Part shown: positions 46,796 through 55,695 of the stretch, piece after piece
How positions within the stretch are numbered: position 1 is the first letter of the stretch
Layout: each line of letters starts with the position of its first letter
Source of the DNA: a bacterium
Lineage (GTDB): Bacteria > RBG-13-61-14 > DATKZS01
Direction of reading: 5' to 3'
NCBI GenBank assembly: GCA_046484135.1
Contig: JAWOBU010000269.1
Location: forward strand, 401 to 64,400
Length of the DNA stretch: 64,000 nt
Notes under the pieces: model-generated
Told to the model about the DNA's origin: nothing
The model's database searches: none
What the model saw: only the letters and a program-made list of their open reading frames with translations
Position numbers and translations under genes: made by a program

Positions 46796-47034
46796 GCCCA
46801 CACAACTTGTTGTGTGGGCAGACTCACGAAGTGGGTCTGCAGGTACATTGTAAAAGATGTTTGCCGTACCCCTCCGTCAGCAAACAATCCGGTCTTCTTC
46901 GTGTACTTTACCAACCGAAGCGGATTCTCTCATGATCTTTGATCCCCACACAACAAGTTGTGTGGGCCATCTTCGGGAGTTGTGTGGGCTGCCTTACGGG
47001 CGTTGTGCGGGTTGGCTTTCGGGGGTTGTGTGGG
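46796..47034. promoter_or_regulatory. Array of two perfect 11-2-11 palindromes (gcccacacaac-NN-gttgtgtgggc at 46796-46819 and 46945-46966) plus four phased direct half-sites GTTGTG[TC]GGG (46957, 46979, 47003, 47025; 22-24-bp spacing); a putative operator/iteron array upstream of thi4
   Basis: Read directly from the sequence. The half-site spacing of about two helical turns puts the sites on one face of the DNA. Confidence 0.5.
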
Positions 47035-47253
47035 CCGGCTTGCGGAAAGGAGTCATGGCCTACATCACAGTCCGCGGCTTATGCACGCCCCGGCAGCTTG
47101 TGTGTTTTCCCATTTTCACTTTGGCCCCGAGGCATCTGTGCGTTTTCAAAGAGGACGCGAGAGTAACACGAGAATTTTTGAGGAAAGTTCAAAGACCGGT
47201 ACGCTTGCAATTCCGAACCAACCCTCCACAATAGTCAGCAAGGAGGTTTAATA

Positions 47254-48036
47254 ATGGGAGAGTGGGAGTACGAAGTAAGCAGGATTATAATTGATCGCTA
47301 CAACCGCAAGCTCATGAACGCCTTGCGCTGCGACGTGCTTATCACCGGCGCCGGTCCCGCCGGCCTGGTGGCTGGTTATTACCTCGCCGGTAACGACGTG
47401 CGGGTCACTATAATAGAGAAGAAGCTGGCGCCCGGCGGCGGCATCTGGGGCGGGGGCATGGAAAGAAACGAAGTGGTGGTCCAGGAAGAGGCCCGGTTCA
47501 TCCTGGACGAGATCGGTATCGCGGTAGAGCCGGAGGGCGATGGCTTCTACGCCCTGGATGCGGGGACCCTGGCCTCCGGCCTCGCCTTCAAGGCCCTCCA
47601 GGAAGGCGCGACCCTGTTAAACCTGGTAACGGTGGAAGACGTGATGATAGAAGACAAACGGCTTACCGGCCTGGTGATAAACGCAACCGGTGTAATGCTG
47701 GCCCGGATGCACGTGGACCCCTTGACCCTGGCCGCGGACGCAGTCATGGACGGCACCGGCCACGACGCTGTGCTGGCATCCCTGGTCCAGTCCCACGGCT
47801 ACAAGCTCGACACCGAAACAGGGAGCATGAAAGGACAGGGTCCCATGGAGGCCCAATCTGCCGAGAACTTCGTGGTGGACAACACCCGGCAGGTGTTCCC
47901 CGGCCTTTTCCTGGCGGGTATGTCTGTAGCAGCAGTGCATGGCGGACCCCGCATGGGACCTATCTTCGGCGGCATGATCCTGTCCGGCAAAAAAGCCGCG
48001 GACATGATCCTGGAAGAGCTGCGGCCAAAAGGGTAG
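47254..48036 (+). CDS. thi4: Thi4-family thiazole synthase (sulfide-dependent, archaeal/bacterial type)
   Basis: …DVLITGAGPAGLVAGYYLA…IIEKKLAPGGGIWGGGM… FAD-binding pattern at a 260-aa length. A ggagg RBS precedes it. Confidence 0.85.
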   Translation: MGEWEYEVSRIIIDRYNRKLMNALRCDVLITGAGPAGLVAGYYLAGNDVRVTIIEKKLAPGGGIWGGGMERNEVVVQEEARFILDEIGIAVEPEGDGFYALDAGTLASGLAFKALQEGATLLNLVTVEDVMIEDKRLTGLVINATGVMLARMHVDPLTLAADAVMDGTGHDAVLASLVQSHGYKLDTETGSMKGQGPMEAQSAENFVVDNTRQVFPGLFLAGMSVAAVHGGPRMGPIFGGMILSGKKAADMILEELRPKG

Positions 48037-48067
48037 TAGCGGCTCACATTAAAGCTTACGAGTTGGA

Positions 48068-48089
48068 TCCGAGCGACTTTAGTCGCGAA
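48068..48089. repeat. Rep-3 REP-like repeat copy (reverse orientation)
   Basis: The reverse complement reads ttcgcgactaaagtcgctcgg. Confidence 0.5.
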
Positions 48090-48243
48090 TGGAGATGTTC
48101 GGCCGGTAACCGGGATTTTCCCTTCGAGACCTTGGATACACTTGACATAATGCTCGTGCCCGGCTTAATCTACGGGACAGCTTTGTTGAGAGTGCTTGCT
48201 TGTAAACACTGTCAATTATCACGCCTTTTGGAAGGAGGATTTC

Positions 48244-49086
48244 ATGGCTATTAATCTTGACCTGGTGGGCCAGGAATTGAAGGAGGTCGAGCACCCTTAC
48301 ACCTGGAAGGACGTGGTTCTTTATCACCTGGGCATCGGGGCCCGGGCTACCGAGCTCCAGTACGTTTACGAGAACGTGAAGGGCGGGCTCAAGGTGATCC
48401 CCACCTTTTCGGTGATACCGTCGCTGGCGGCCATGGCAACCCAGGTGATTGGAAGCCTGGGCGCAAACCCCATGATGCTTTTGCACGGCGAGCAGGGCAT
48501 CTTCATGAACAAGCCCATCCCGCAGAAGGGGACCTTCAAGACCACTCCCGAGGTAAAGGGCATCTATGACAAGGGCAAGGGCGCGCTGGTGGCGATTGAA
48601 ACGCGGACCACCGACGAGAGCGGGGAGGAGCTTTTTAGAAATTACATAAGCCTGTTCTGCCGGGGCGAGGGCAACTTCGGGGGCGAGCGGGGACCGGAGC
48701 AGCCCTCTTACGATCCCCCGGAAGGCAAGGCCCCGGACTTCGAGGACTCCTATAAAACCTCGGAGGACCAGGCCGCGCTCTATCGCCTGTCCGGCGACTT
48801 AAACCCGCTTCATATAGACCCCAACTTCGCCAAGGTGGGCGGGTTCGACCGGCCCATCCTTCACGGCCTCTGCACCTTCGGGATCGTGTGCAAGCTGTTG
48901 GTGAAGGGCCTTTGCGAGGACGAGCCTTCCCGGGTGAAGGAGTACAAGGCCCGGTTCTCGAAACCGGTCATGCCGGGCGACACCATCACCGCCAAGGCCT
49001 GGAAGCTGGAGGACGGAACTTACGCGGTCCAGGCCTTTACCCAAGAGAACCAGGTCATGAACCAGGCCTATATCAAGGTCGAGTGA
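48244..49086 (+). CDS. MaoC-like (R)-specific enoyl-CoA hydratase / double hot-dog dehydratase
   Basis: …LYRLSGDLNPLHIDPNFAKVGGFDRPILHGLCTFG… is the hydratase-2 motif. The start is at MAINLDL… behind a ggaggat RBS. Confidence 0.8.
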   Translation: MAINLDLVGQELKEVEHPYTWKDVVLYHLGIGARATELQYVYENVKGGLKVIPTFSVIPSLAAMATQVIGSLGANPMMLLHGEQGIFMNKPIPQKGTFKTTPEVKGIYDKGKGALVAIETRTTDESGEELFRNYISLFCRGEGNFGGERGPEQPSYDPPEGKAPDFEDSYKTSEDQAALYRLSGDLNPLHIDPNFAKVGGFDRPILHGLCTFGIVCKLLVKGLCEDEPSRVKEYKARFSKPVMPGDTITAKAWKLEDGTYAVQAFTQENQVMNQAYIKVE

Positions 49087-49126
49087 TAAGCGGCCCGCCT
49101 CCAAAATAAAGAGGGCAAGTAAAACC

Positions 49127-49939
49127 ATGACGGAGAGCTATCAGGTCATAACCCTGGAAAAAAGGGACGGCGTGGCCGAGGTGTTCTTAAACCGGCCGGA
49201 GAAGTCCAATGCCATGGGTCCGGACCTGTGGCCGGAGCTCCGGGACGTGTTCGGAAAGATAGATGCTGATGACGATGTCCGGGCCGTGGTGGTCGGAGGC
49301 GCAGGCAAGAACTTCTGCGCCGGTCTGGACCTGGCGGCCTCCGCCCAGGAGTTCGGCGGGACCATGGGCTCGGGCGAGATGAGCTCGATTTTTCATCACA
49401 TCCTTGGTCTCCAGGAGTCATTGAACGCGATCGAGGAATGCAGGAAGCCGGTTATCGCGGCCGTGCACCGGGCCTGCATCGGAGGCGGTCTGGACCTGAT
49501 TGCAGCGTGCGACGTGCGGCTGTGCACTGAGGACGCCCGGTTCTCGCTCCGGGAAGCCCGGGTCGCCATGATCGCGGACCTGGGCAGCTTGAACCGCCTT
49601 CCCGCCATCATCGGCCAGGGGCACACCCGGGAGCTGGCCTTTACCGGCAAGGACATTGACGCACAGCGGGCGCTTCGCATAAACCTGGTAAACGACATCT
49701 ACCCCGACCGGGAGAAATGTCTCGATGCGGCGCGGGAGCTGGCGCGCGAGATGGCTGCGGCCGCTCCGCTCGCGGTGCAGGGCGCCAAGGAGGTCATGAA
49801 CTACAGCCGCGACAAGTCCGTCCGGGACGGCCTCCACTACGCCGCGGCCCGGAGCTGCCTGATCCTGAAATCCAACGACCTTGCGGAGGCCATGAGCGCC
49901 TTCATGAAAAAGAAAGAGCCGGAGTTCAAGGGAAAGTAA
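49127..49939 (+). CDS. Enoyl-CoA hydratase/isomerase (crotonase family)
   Basis: …VVVGGAGKNFCAGLDL… and …IAAVHRACIGGGLDLIAACDVR…. Confidence 0.85.
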   Translation: MTESYQVITLEKRDGVAEVFLNRPEKSNAMGPDLWPELRDVFGKIDADDDVRAVVVGGAGKNFCAGLDLAASAQEFGGTMGSGEMSSIFHHILGLQESLNAIEECRKPVIAAVHRACIGGGLDLIAACDVRLCTEDARFSLREARVAMIADLGSLNRLPAIIGQGHTRELAFTGKDIDAQRALRINLVNDIYPDREKCLDAARELAREMAAAAPLAVQGAKEVMNYSRDKSVRDGLHYAAARSCLILKSNDLAEAMSAFMKKKEPEFKGK

Positions 49940-49951
49940 AAAGTCAAAATC

Positions 49952-51061
49952 TCAGTTGTCTTCTCTTTCGGAGGGAGGATCGGGAAAAGGCAGGAGCATC
50001 TGCCGCCATCTTCGCGGATAGTCCTCCCAAGGCGCCAGCCCGGATATGCTCACCCCCAAAAGCCGGACCGGTTTTTCACCTACCTTTGTCTTATCAAGAA
50101 GCTTTTTAACATTCTTCATGATCTCGACCGCGGTTGCCGGCGGGTCCTCCAGGGTCAGGCTCCGGGTTATGAGTGTAAAGTCCGCGTACCTTACCTTGAG
50201 GGTTACGGTACGCCCTTTGAGCCCCTTTTGTTCGAGCCTGTCATAAACCTTGCCGGCCAGCTCTTCCAGCATCCGGAGCGCTTCTTCCCGGTCGCTTATG
50301 TCCCGCTCGAAGGTCTTTTCTTTGCCCACCGACTTGCGGTCGCGGGACGGGTTTACCTGCCGGTCATCCTCTCCGTGGGCTATGGCGTGGTAGTACTCGC
50401 CCGCCTTTCCGAAAAGCCCGGTCAGCTCTTCGCGAGATAGTCGCTTCAGGTCGGCGCCGGTTTTAATCCCGATCTCTTTCATCTTCTGTTCGGTCACCTT
50501 GCCCACTCCGTGGAACTTGCCTACCGGCAGGCGATCAATGAACTCGGGCGCCTTTTCGGGAGTGATCACGGTAAGCCCGTCCGGCTTTTGCCAGGCGGAT
50601 GCGACCTTGGCCAGGAACTTGTTGAAGGACACCCCTGCTGACGCGGTCAAGCCGGTCTTTTGTTTTATCTTGTCCTTGATCTGTTTTGCTGCTTCGGTTG
50701 CGGAGGGGATGTTTTTCTTGTTCTCGGTTACGTCCAGGTATGCTTCATCCAGTGAGAGCGGCTCGACCAGGTCGGTGTACTCGTGAAAAATCTCGTGGAC
50801 TTCTCGGGAGACGCTCTCGTAGACCCGGAAGCGGGGCCTTATAAACACGGCATGCGGACAAAGCCGATAGGCCCTGCTTGCGGGCATGGCCGAGTGGATG
50901 CCGTACTTGCGGGCTTCGTAAGAGCAGGCCGCCACCACTCCCCTGCCTTCCGGGTCGCCCCCCACGATCACCGGCTTGCCTTGATGGTCCGGATTATCAC
51001 GTTGCTCCACTGACGCATAAAAAGCGTCCATGTCCACGTGGATGATTTTGCGGGTTGTCAT
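49952..51061 (-). CDS. dinB: DNA polymerase IV
   Basis: MTTRKIIHVDMDAFYASVEQRDNP…VIVGG…GVVAACSYEARKYGI…. Confidence 0.85.
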   Translation of the reverse strand: MTTRKIIHVDMDAFYASVEQRDNPDHQGKPVIVGGDPEGRGVVAACSYEARKYGIHSAMPASRAYRLCPHAVFIRPRFRVYESVSREVHEIFHEYTDLVEPLSLDEAYLDVTENKKNIPSATEAAKQIKDKIKQKTGLTASAGVSFNKFLAKVASAWQKPDGLTVITPEKAPEFIDRLPVGKFHGVGKVTEQKMKEIGIKTGADLKRLSREELTGLFGKAGEYYHAIAHGEDDRQVNPSRDRKSVGKEKTFERDISDREEALRMLEELAGKVYDRLEQKGLKGRTVTLKVRYADFTLITRSLTLEDPPATAVEIMKNVKKLLDKTKVGEKPVRLLGVSISGLAPWEDYPRRWRQMLLPFPDPPSEREDN

Positions 51062-51126
51062 GTAATAACGGGCTTTGTTTCACTCCATCGCCATGAAGGT
51101 CTTGACAAGCTCGGTCGCGGTTTCGG

Positions 51127-52734
51127 CTACGGGCTCGAGCTCGGAGACCTCGACCTTGTCCAGGGTGTCGTGCTCGTCGAGGAGGTAGTAAGGACAGCCT
51201 CCAGGGTGTCGTGCTCGTCGAGGAGGTAGTAAGGACAGCCGATCCAGGAGATCACGGGCACTCCGGCTTCCAGCACGTAGCCGGAGGCGTCCGAGGTTGG
51301 CGCGGGCCCGAAGAAATCGGCGGGTATGGACGCGGTGGCTGCCGCGGGTTTCCGCTCCAGGCTCTTCATGACCGCGGCCACCACGTCTTCCTGCGGTGAG
51401 GTGAACATCACGGTGAGCGCGAGGTTCCCGGTTTCCTTGTACCCTCTCCCGCTCTCTTCCACTTCCTTGGCCGCCAGGTGTTCGAGGGTGATAAGGATTC
51501 GGGTCCGGTCCATGATGTCGGGATGATTGCGGGCGAAAAAGTGGCCTCCCTTGGAGTCGTAGAAATGACCGCCGTCCACCACAAAGACCATGGTCTTTTG
51601 CCTTTGTTCCTTCGGCACGCGCGACCATGCCCATGCCTGGGCCAGCACCTGGGCCACTCCGGCGCCGTCTTCCACCGCCCCTTTAAAGGGCGCGTCGTGA
51701 TGCGAGGTTACCAGTATGACTTCGTCTGACTGGCCGGGAAGCACTCCCCATACGTTGTGCATGACCCCCGGCTGTTTGATGCCGGTAAGGTTCAACGTGG
51801 CTTGTTCTCCGGCGATGGCCATCTCGCGGAGCTTTTCTCCTTCGTACTTTCCTATCCACAGGCCGGGCATGGGCTTCATGATGCCGTCGTAAGGGCCGTA
51901 ATGTGAATTGGTGCCGCCGGGCTGGTCCTTGAGTATAAGGCAGATGCCCGCGGCGCCGTTTTTTACGGAGTTCCAGTACACGTCGTTTGGCGGCGCCGTG
52001 CCTACTGTGGTGCCTCCCAGGAAGTTGGGCCGGACGAAGTTCAGGTACTGGCCGGAGCCGAGATTGATGGACCCGTGCGGATCGGACACGGTATAGGCCG
52101 CGTTCAGATATTTCAAAAGCAGGCCGCTGGGAAGGTATGGAAACGGCAGGTCAGCGACCACTATCTTGCCCTTGACGCCTTTTTCCTCGAAGTCCGCGGG
52201 AGTGCCCTCGCCCACGTACACCAGGGGAGCGGTTACTCCTTCCGGACCGGTAAAGCCGGTGTTTACCACGAAGAAGCTCGGTATGGTCTGTCCTCCTGCT
52301 TTAAGGGACCAGTTCTTTGCGTCCCATACGGTTACGGGCACGGGATCCATGGTGATGTTCTGGAGTCCGATTTCCTGGAACCGGTCGCGGACCCACTTTT
52401 CCGCGGCGTGGTCTTCTTCGGTCCCGGGCCGGCGGTGGGGCCACTGGCAGATGCCTTTGATCCAGGAGAAGATGGTCTCCGAATCCGGCACCCGGACCTC
52501 GCCCTGGTAGTCGGGCAGGTCGCGGGCTTTCATCTTTGCCTTCATGGTAAGGGACCAGACCGAAGGAAGTCTTTTCAATATCTTTACAAGGGTCTGGTTT
52601 TCACTAACCGGCGACTCGTCTCCCCACATCTCGGTGGTTCCCGACCCCATGAAAAAAGGAGCCGCGGCAATCAACAACGCCAGCATATAGATCGCTTTCT
52701 TCTTTGTCGTGCTCATGCGCTTCATAGGTTTCAC
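51127..52734 (-). CDS. M28-family zinc peptidase with PA domain (secreted); 3' end altered by a 41-bp tandem duplication (frameshift)
   Basis: Signal peptide plus M28 metal-binding pattern (…VTSHHDAPF…, …VDGGHFYDSKGGHFF…). The overlapping alternative-frame ORF 51080..51634 encodes the presumably original C-terminus. Confidence 0.7.
   Translation of the reverse strand: MKPMKRMSTTKKKAIYMLALLIAAAPFFMGSGTTEMWGDESPVSENQTLVKILKRLPSVWSLTMKAKMKARDLPDYQGEVRVPDSETIFSWIKGICQWPHRRPGTEEDHAAEKWVRDRFQEIGLQNITMDPVPVTVWDAKNWSLKAGGQTIPSFFVVNTGFTGPEGVTAPLVYVGEGTPADFEEKGVKGKIVVADLPFPYLPSGLLLKYLNAAYTVSDPHGSINLGSGQYLNFVRPNFLGGTTVGTAPPNDVYWNSVKNGAAGICLILKDQPGGTNSHYGPYDGIMKPMPGLWIGKYEGEKLREMAIAGEQATLNLTGIKQPGVMHNVWGVLPGQSDEVILVTSHHDAPFKGAVEDGAGVAQVLAQAWAWSRVPKEQRQKTMVFVVDGGHFYDSKGGHFFARNHPDIMDRTRILITLEHLAAKEVEESGRGYKETGNLALTVMFTSPQEDVVAAVMKSLERKPAAATASIPADFFGPAPTSDASGYVLEAGVPVISWIGCPYYLLDEHDTLEAVLTTSSTSTTPWTRSRSPSSSP
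51159..51240. repeat. Perfect 2 x 41-bp tandem duplication (tccagggtgtcgtgctcgtcgaggaggtagtaaggacagcc) inside the peptidase gene
   Basis: Read directly; the copies span 51159-51199 and 51200-51240. A 41-nt insert shifts the reading frame. Confidence 0.8.
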
Positions 52735-52750
52735 CTTCCTTGAATGAGTG

Positions 52751-54433
52751 TTATAAAAGCCCGAAGATGTCTCGCCAGGTTACGCCGCAACCGACGCCCC
52801 GCTTCTGCATGTCCTTTTTGACCCTTTTAAGACGCGACTGGAAGTGCTCCCAATCCTTGAGCTCAGGCGGGGTCCACATGACCTCGGCGTGGCCGATCAC
52901 GCGGGGAAAGGCCTTCCGGTCAATGTTGTCCACTGTAACCCGCTCGCCCCACAGGTTGACCTCGCCGCCCAGGATGTAATGGCGGAGCTCCCGGTCGAGC
53001 CCTTCCGGTATCGGCTCGAAGTGATAGAGGTTCTTCAGGGTAAAGGTAAGCTGGGGGTAATCAATATAGCAGTGGGAGGTGGGCGAGACCACCGAGTAGT
53101 GTCCTTTCTCCGCGGCGACGCGGGCGTACTTGTGCTTTCGCCAGGCCTGGACCACCGCGCCTTCAGGAATATAGTGGGTTACCTCGTCCCAGGCGATCAT
53201 GGTCTTGCCGTGCTTTTCGAGAATCTCGTTTACCCGCTCGACAAAGTACCTCTGGAGCCCTTCCCTCCCCTTATACCCGGTTTTTTCCAGGATGTCCTGA
53301 TTGGGAGGATACTCCATCCAGTCGGATGCCACGACCTCGTCGGAGCCGATGTGCAGGTAGGGCGCCGGGAATACGGTCTCGAGCTCGCCGAACAGGGTGT
53401 CCAGGAACTCGTACACCGACTCCTTACCCGGGCAGACCGCGGTGGGGTAGATGCCGGGGCCTTTTCGGAGGGGGACCTCTTTGCCGGAGCAGGAAAGCTC
53501 GGGGTAGGCCGCCAGCATGGCAGAGGTGTGGCCGGGCACGTCTATCTCGGGCACGATCATGACCTGCCGGGCCTCGGCGTACTCGACTATCTCCTTTAAC
53601 TCTTCCTGCGTATAGTAGCCGCGGTTGTCCGAGCCCCAGCCGTGCCGGTCCAAAGCACGCTTCTTTTTGTCTTCAAGGTTCGAAAGCACTCCGCCCCCTT
53701 CATGGAGCCGGGGCAGGGATTTCACCTCTATCCGCCATCCCTGATCATCCACCAGGTGCCAGTGGAGCACGTTCAGCTTGAGCTCGGAAAGGAGGTCAAT
53801 GTACTTTTTGATGATGTCGGGCGGCAGGAAGCTGCGGGCGGAGTCGAGGAGCATCCCCCTCCACTGGAAGCGCGGATGGTCGAGTACGTGGACCGCGGGC
53901 AGCTCCGGACCGCGCTCGTTTTCCCGGACAAGCTGAAGCAGGGTCATGAGACCGTTGTGCATCCCGGCCGGGCTCATGGCGGTGAGCTTGACGGTATGGG
54001 GTCCTGCTTTTATTTCGTAGCCTTCTGCTTCCGGGAAGTTTATATGCTTCTTTTCCTGCTCCTGGCACCAGCCGGGGGGGCCGGAGATGATGGAGCTCTG
54101 GCAGGGCATACATCCGGTCGAGACCGGTACCTCGTCTTTTCCGCACCTGCTTTCTGCTTCTGAAGCCGCAACCGGGCTGTAGGCCTCGAGCTTCACCCCG
54201 TGGCGTTTCTCTATTTTTTCCATGAACACCAGCGCCGGCCGCTTCCAATCTTCCTTGCCAGGAAACACAAAGGCGGCGCCGTCCCGGAGGGGAAAATCTC
54301 CGGACTTCTCTGTAAGCTGTACCGGCCTTGGTATGACAGGCATGGGCTTCTCCTTATTAATCCACCCCGGCGCTGACACCACCGGCGTGCAAAGCGTCAG
54401 GAACAATAGAGCGGCAATGATTTTTCTTTTCAT
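52751..54433 (-). CDS. Beta-N-acetylhexosaminidase (glycoside hydrolase family 20), secreted
   Basis: …HVLDHPRFQWRGMLLDSARSF…LNVLHWHLVDDQGWR… catalytic region. Signal peptide MKRKIIAALLFLTLCTPVVSA. ATG at 54431-54433 behind a ggaggt RBS; the track ORF extends upstream. Confidence 0.8.
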   Translation of the reverse strand: MKRKIIAALLFLTLCTPVVSAPGWINKEKPMPVIPRPVQLTEKSGDFPLRDGAAFVFPGKEDWKRPALVFMEKIEKRHGVKLEAYSPVAASEAESRCGKDEVPVSTGCMPCQSSIISGPPGWCQEQEKKHINFPEAEGYEIKAGPHTVKLTAMSPAGMHNGLMTLLQLVRENERGPELPAVHVLDHPRFQWRGMLLDSARSFLPPDIIKKYIDLLSELKLNVLHWHLVDDQGWRIEVKSLPRLHEGGGVLSNLEDKKKRALDRHGWGSDNRGYYTQEELKEIVEYAEARQVMIVPEIDVPGHTSAMLAAYPELSCSGKEVPLRKGPGIYPTAVCPGKESVYEFLDTLFGELETVFPAPYLHIGSDEVVASDWMEYPPNQDILEKTGYKGREGLQRYFVERVNEILEKHGKTMIAWDEVTHYIPEGAVVQAWRKHKYARVAAEKGHYSVVSPTSHCYIDYPQLTFTLKNLYHFEPIPEGLDRELRHYILGGEVNLWGERVTVDNIDRKAFPRVIGHAEVMWTPPELKDWEHFQSRLKRVKKDMQKRGVGCGVTWRDIFGLL

Positions 54434-54656
54434 GGTAATGAACCTCCGGGGCCGGTATATATCATAACTTGGCAAAGAGTTGAAGTTCGGGAGGATGCCC
54501 CGCTTTTCGGGGACCATCAGGGGTAGAACCGGTTCCGGAAATCGCCGTCCCTTATGGCCCGGATGACGCGGTCCTGGTCCCGGCCGGCATTTCCAGGGCG
54601 TCGTATGGGGGTATGTACGTGGAAGGCGCACTTCATGCGGGAACAGACGTGTTGCT

Positions 54657-54947
54657 TCACAGCCCGCGTTCTTCGATCTCCTCTGCGGAGCGGTGGGTGG
54701 CCTTATCCCAATTGTCGCTCGACTTGTCAATGGCCTTGCCCATGAAGCCGCGCTCCTCGTCTTTGTTCTCCTCCTGGCCGGAGTCCTTGTTCACGAGCTT
54801 CTCGGCACGCTCTTGCGCCCTCTGTTCCTTCTTTTTCATGTCCTCTTTGCGCTCCGCTTTCTCTTTTTCGAGGATGCCGGGAAGCACGAACACGATAAAC
54901 GCAACTATCGCCCCGATCACCACTCCGAGGAAAATCTTCTTGCCCAT
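54657..54947 (-). CDS. Small membrane-anchored Lys/Glu-rich protein (96 aa), hypothetical
   Basis: An N-terminal TM helix and an aggagg RBS. Confidence 0.45.
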   Translation of the reverse strand: MGKKIFLGVVIGAIVAFIVFVLPGILEKEKAERKEDMKKKEQRAQERAEKLVNKDSGQEENKDEERGFMGKAIDKSSDNWDKATHRSAEEIEERGL

Positions 54948-54969
54948 GGCTCCTCCTGTTCCGGCCGGT

Positions 54970-55542
54970 TCAGGTCGGCCTCATTCCCGCTTTCCGGAAA
55001 ATGCGGAACATGGTGATCAATGCAGCCGCGGCCAAGAGGGCCACAACTGGTATGACGTACCCGATGGTGTGCCCGTACAGGAAAACGGTTTCTTTGGGCG
55101 AAGCAGTGAACTCCGCATACGTGCCGACCTCCATGAGCCGGGGCATGGTGATAAGACTGAATAGGCCGAGGCCCGCGGCCAACACCGCGAACGCCATCCA
55201 CGCCTGCCTGGCCCGGTTCTTACGGATAAGAGTGGCGGACACTGCGAAGCCCGCCATGGCCGCGATCATGTAGCCCGACACCGCGAAAAGGCCGGTAAGC
55301 CGCACCGCTACCGGGTCCATGGCTGCGGGGTCCGCAAAGAACATGAGGCTCCAGTCCGGGTAATAGAAGTACAGGTACGTCCCCAGCGGAATAAAGAAGA
55401 ACAGTTGGAACATGACGAGCGCCATGAAGTACCAGTTTCTGACCGCGTACCGGGCCTGCTTTACATATGCGGGGCATAAGAGCGGAACCACCAGGCCCAG
55501 CACCAGGCTTGCTGTTATGTCGAATTGAACGGTTTTAATCAC
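54970..55542 (-). CDS. Hypothetical polytopic membrane protein (start uncertain)
   Basis: Five to six TM helices. The track ORF's N-terminus runs through the Rep-2 repeat, so I trimmed the start to the in-frame GTG at 55540-55542. Confidence 0.4.
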   Translation of the reverse strand: MIKTVQFDITASLVLGLVVPLLCPAYVKQARYAVRNWYFMALVMFQLFFFIPLGTYLYFYYPDWSLMFFADPAAMDPVAVRLTGLFAVSGYMIAAMAGFAVSATLIRKNRARQAWMAFAVLAAGLGLFSLITMPRLMEVGTYAEFTASPKETVFLYGHTIGYVIPVVALLAAAALITMFRIFRKAGMRPT

Positions 55543-55562
55543 CCCCTTTTTTCTATCGTTTA

Positions 55563-55693
55563 GAGCCTCTTGCAAAAAGGGCGGAGAGAAGGTGGGAGAG
55601 ACCTCCAGGTCTCGATGATCGCGAGCTGGAGCTCGCTCCCACCATCCAAAGTCTAACTTACCCCCTCGATAATCAGACTTTTGCAAGAGGCTC
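55563..55693. repeat. Rep-2 full-length structured repeat (~130 nt): 15-bp terminal inverted repeat gagcctcttgcaaaa / ttttgcaagaggctc enclosing the 53-nt cloverleaf core (55591-55642)
   Basis: Read directly. The core matches 31488-31540 and the 3' half matches 22524-22593. Confidence 0.6.
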
Positions 55694-55695
55694 GT

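Noticed and set aside
46675-46942. Small ORFs 46675-46914 (minus) and 46760-46942 (plus)
   Set aside because: They run through the palindrome and iteron array, where the repeats generate open frames. They have no RBS and implausible composition.
47035-47253. Expected TPP (THI-box) riboswitch upstream of thi4
   Set aside because: I found none of the conserved THI-box cores (CTGAGA, ACCTGATCTGGATAATGCC-like) when reading the sequence by eye. I therefore did not annotate one, although a covariance-model scan should confirm this.
55543-55686. N-terminal 48 codons of the track ORF 54970-55686
   Set aside because: This segment is encoded by the Rep-2 repeat (present in non-coding contexts elsewhere), so I trimmed it from the membrane-protein CDS.
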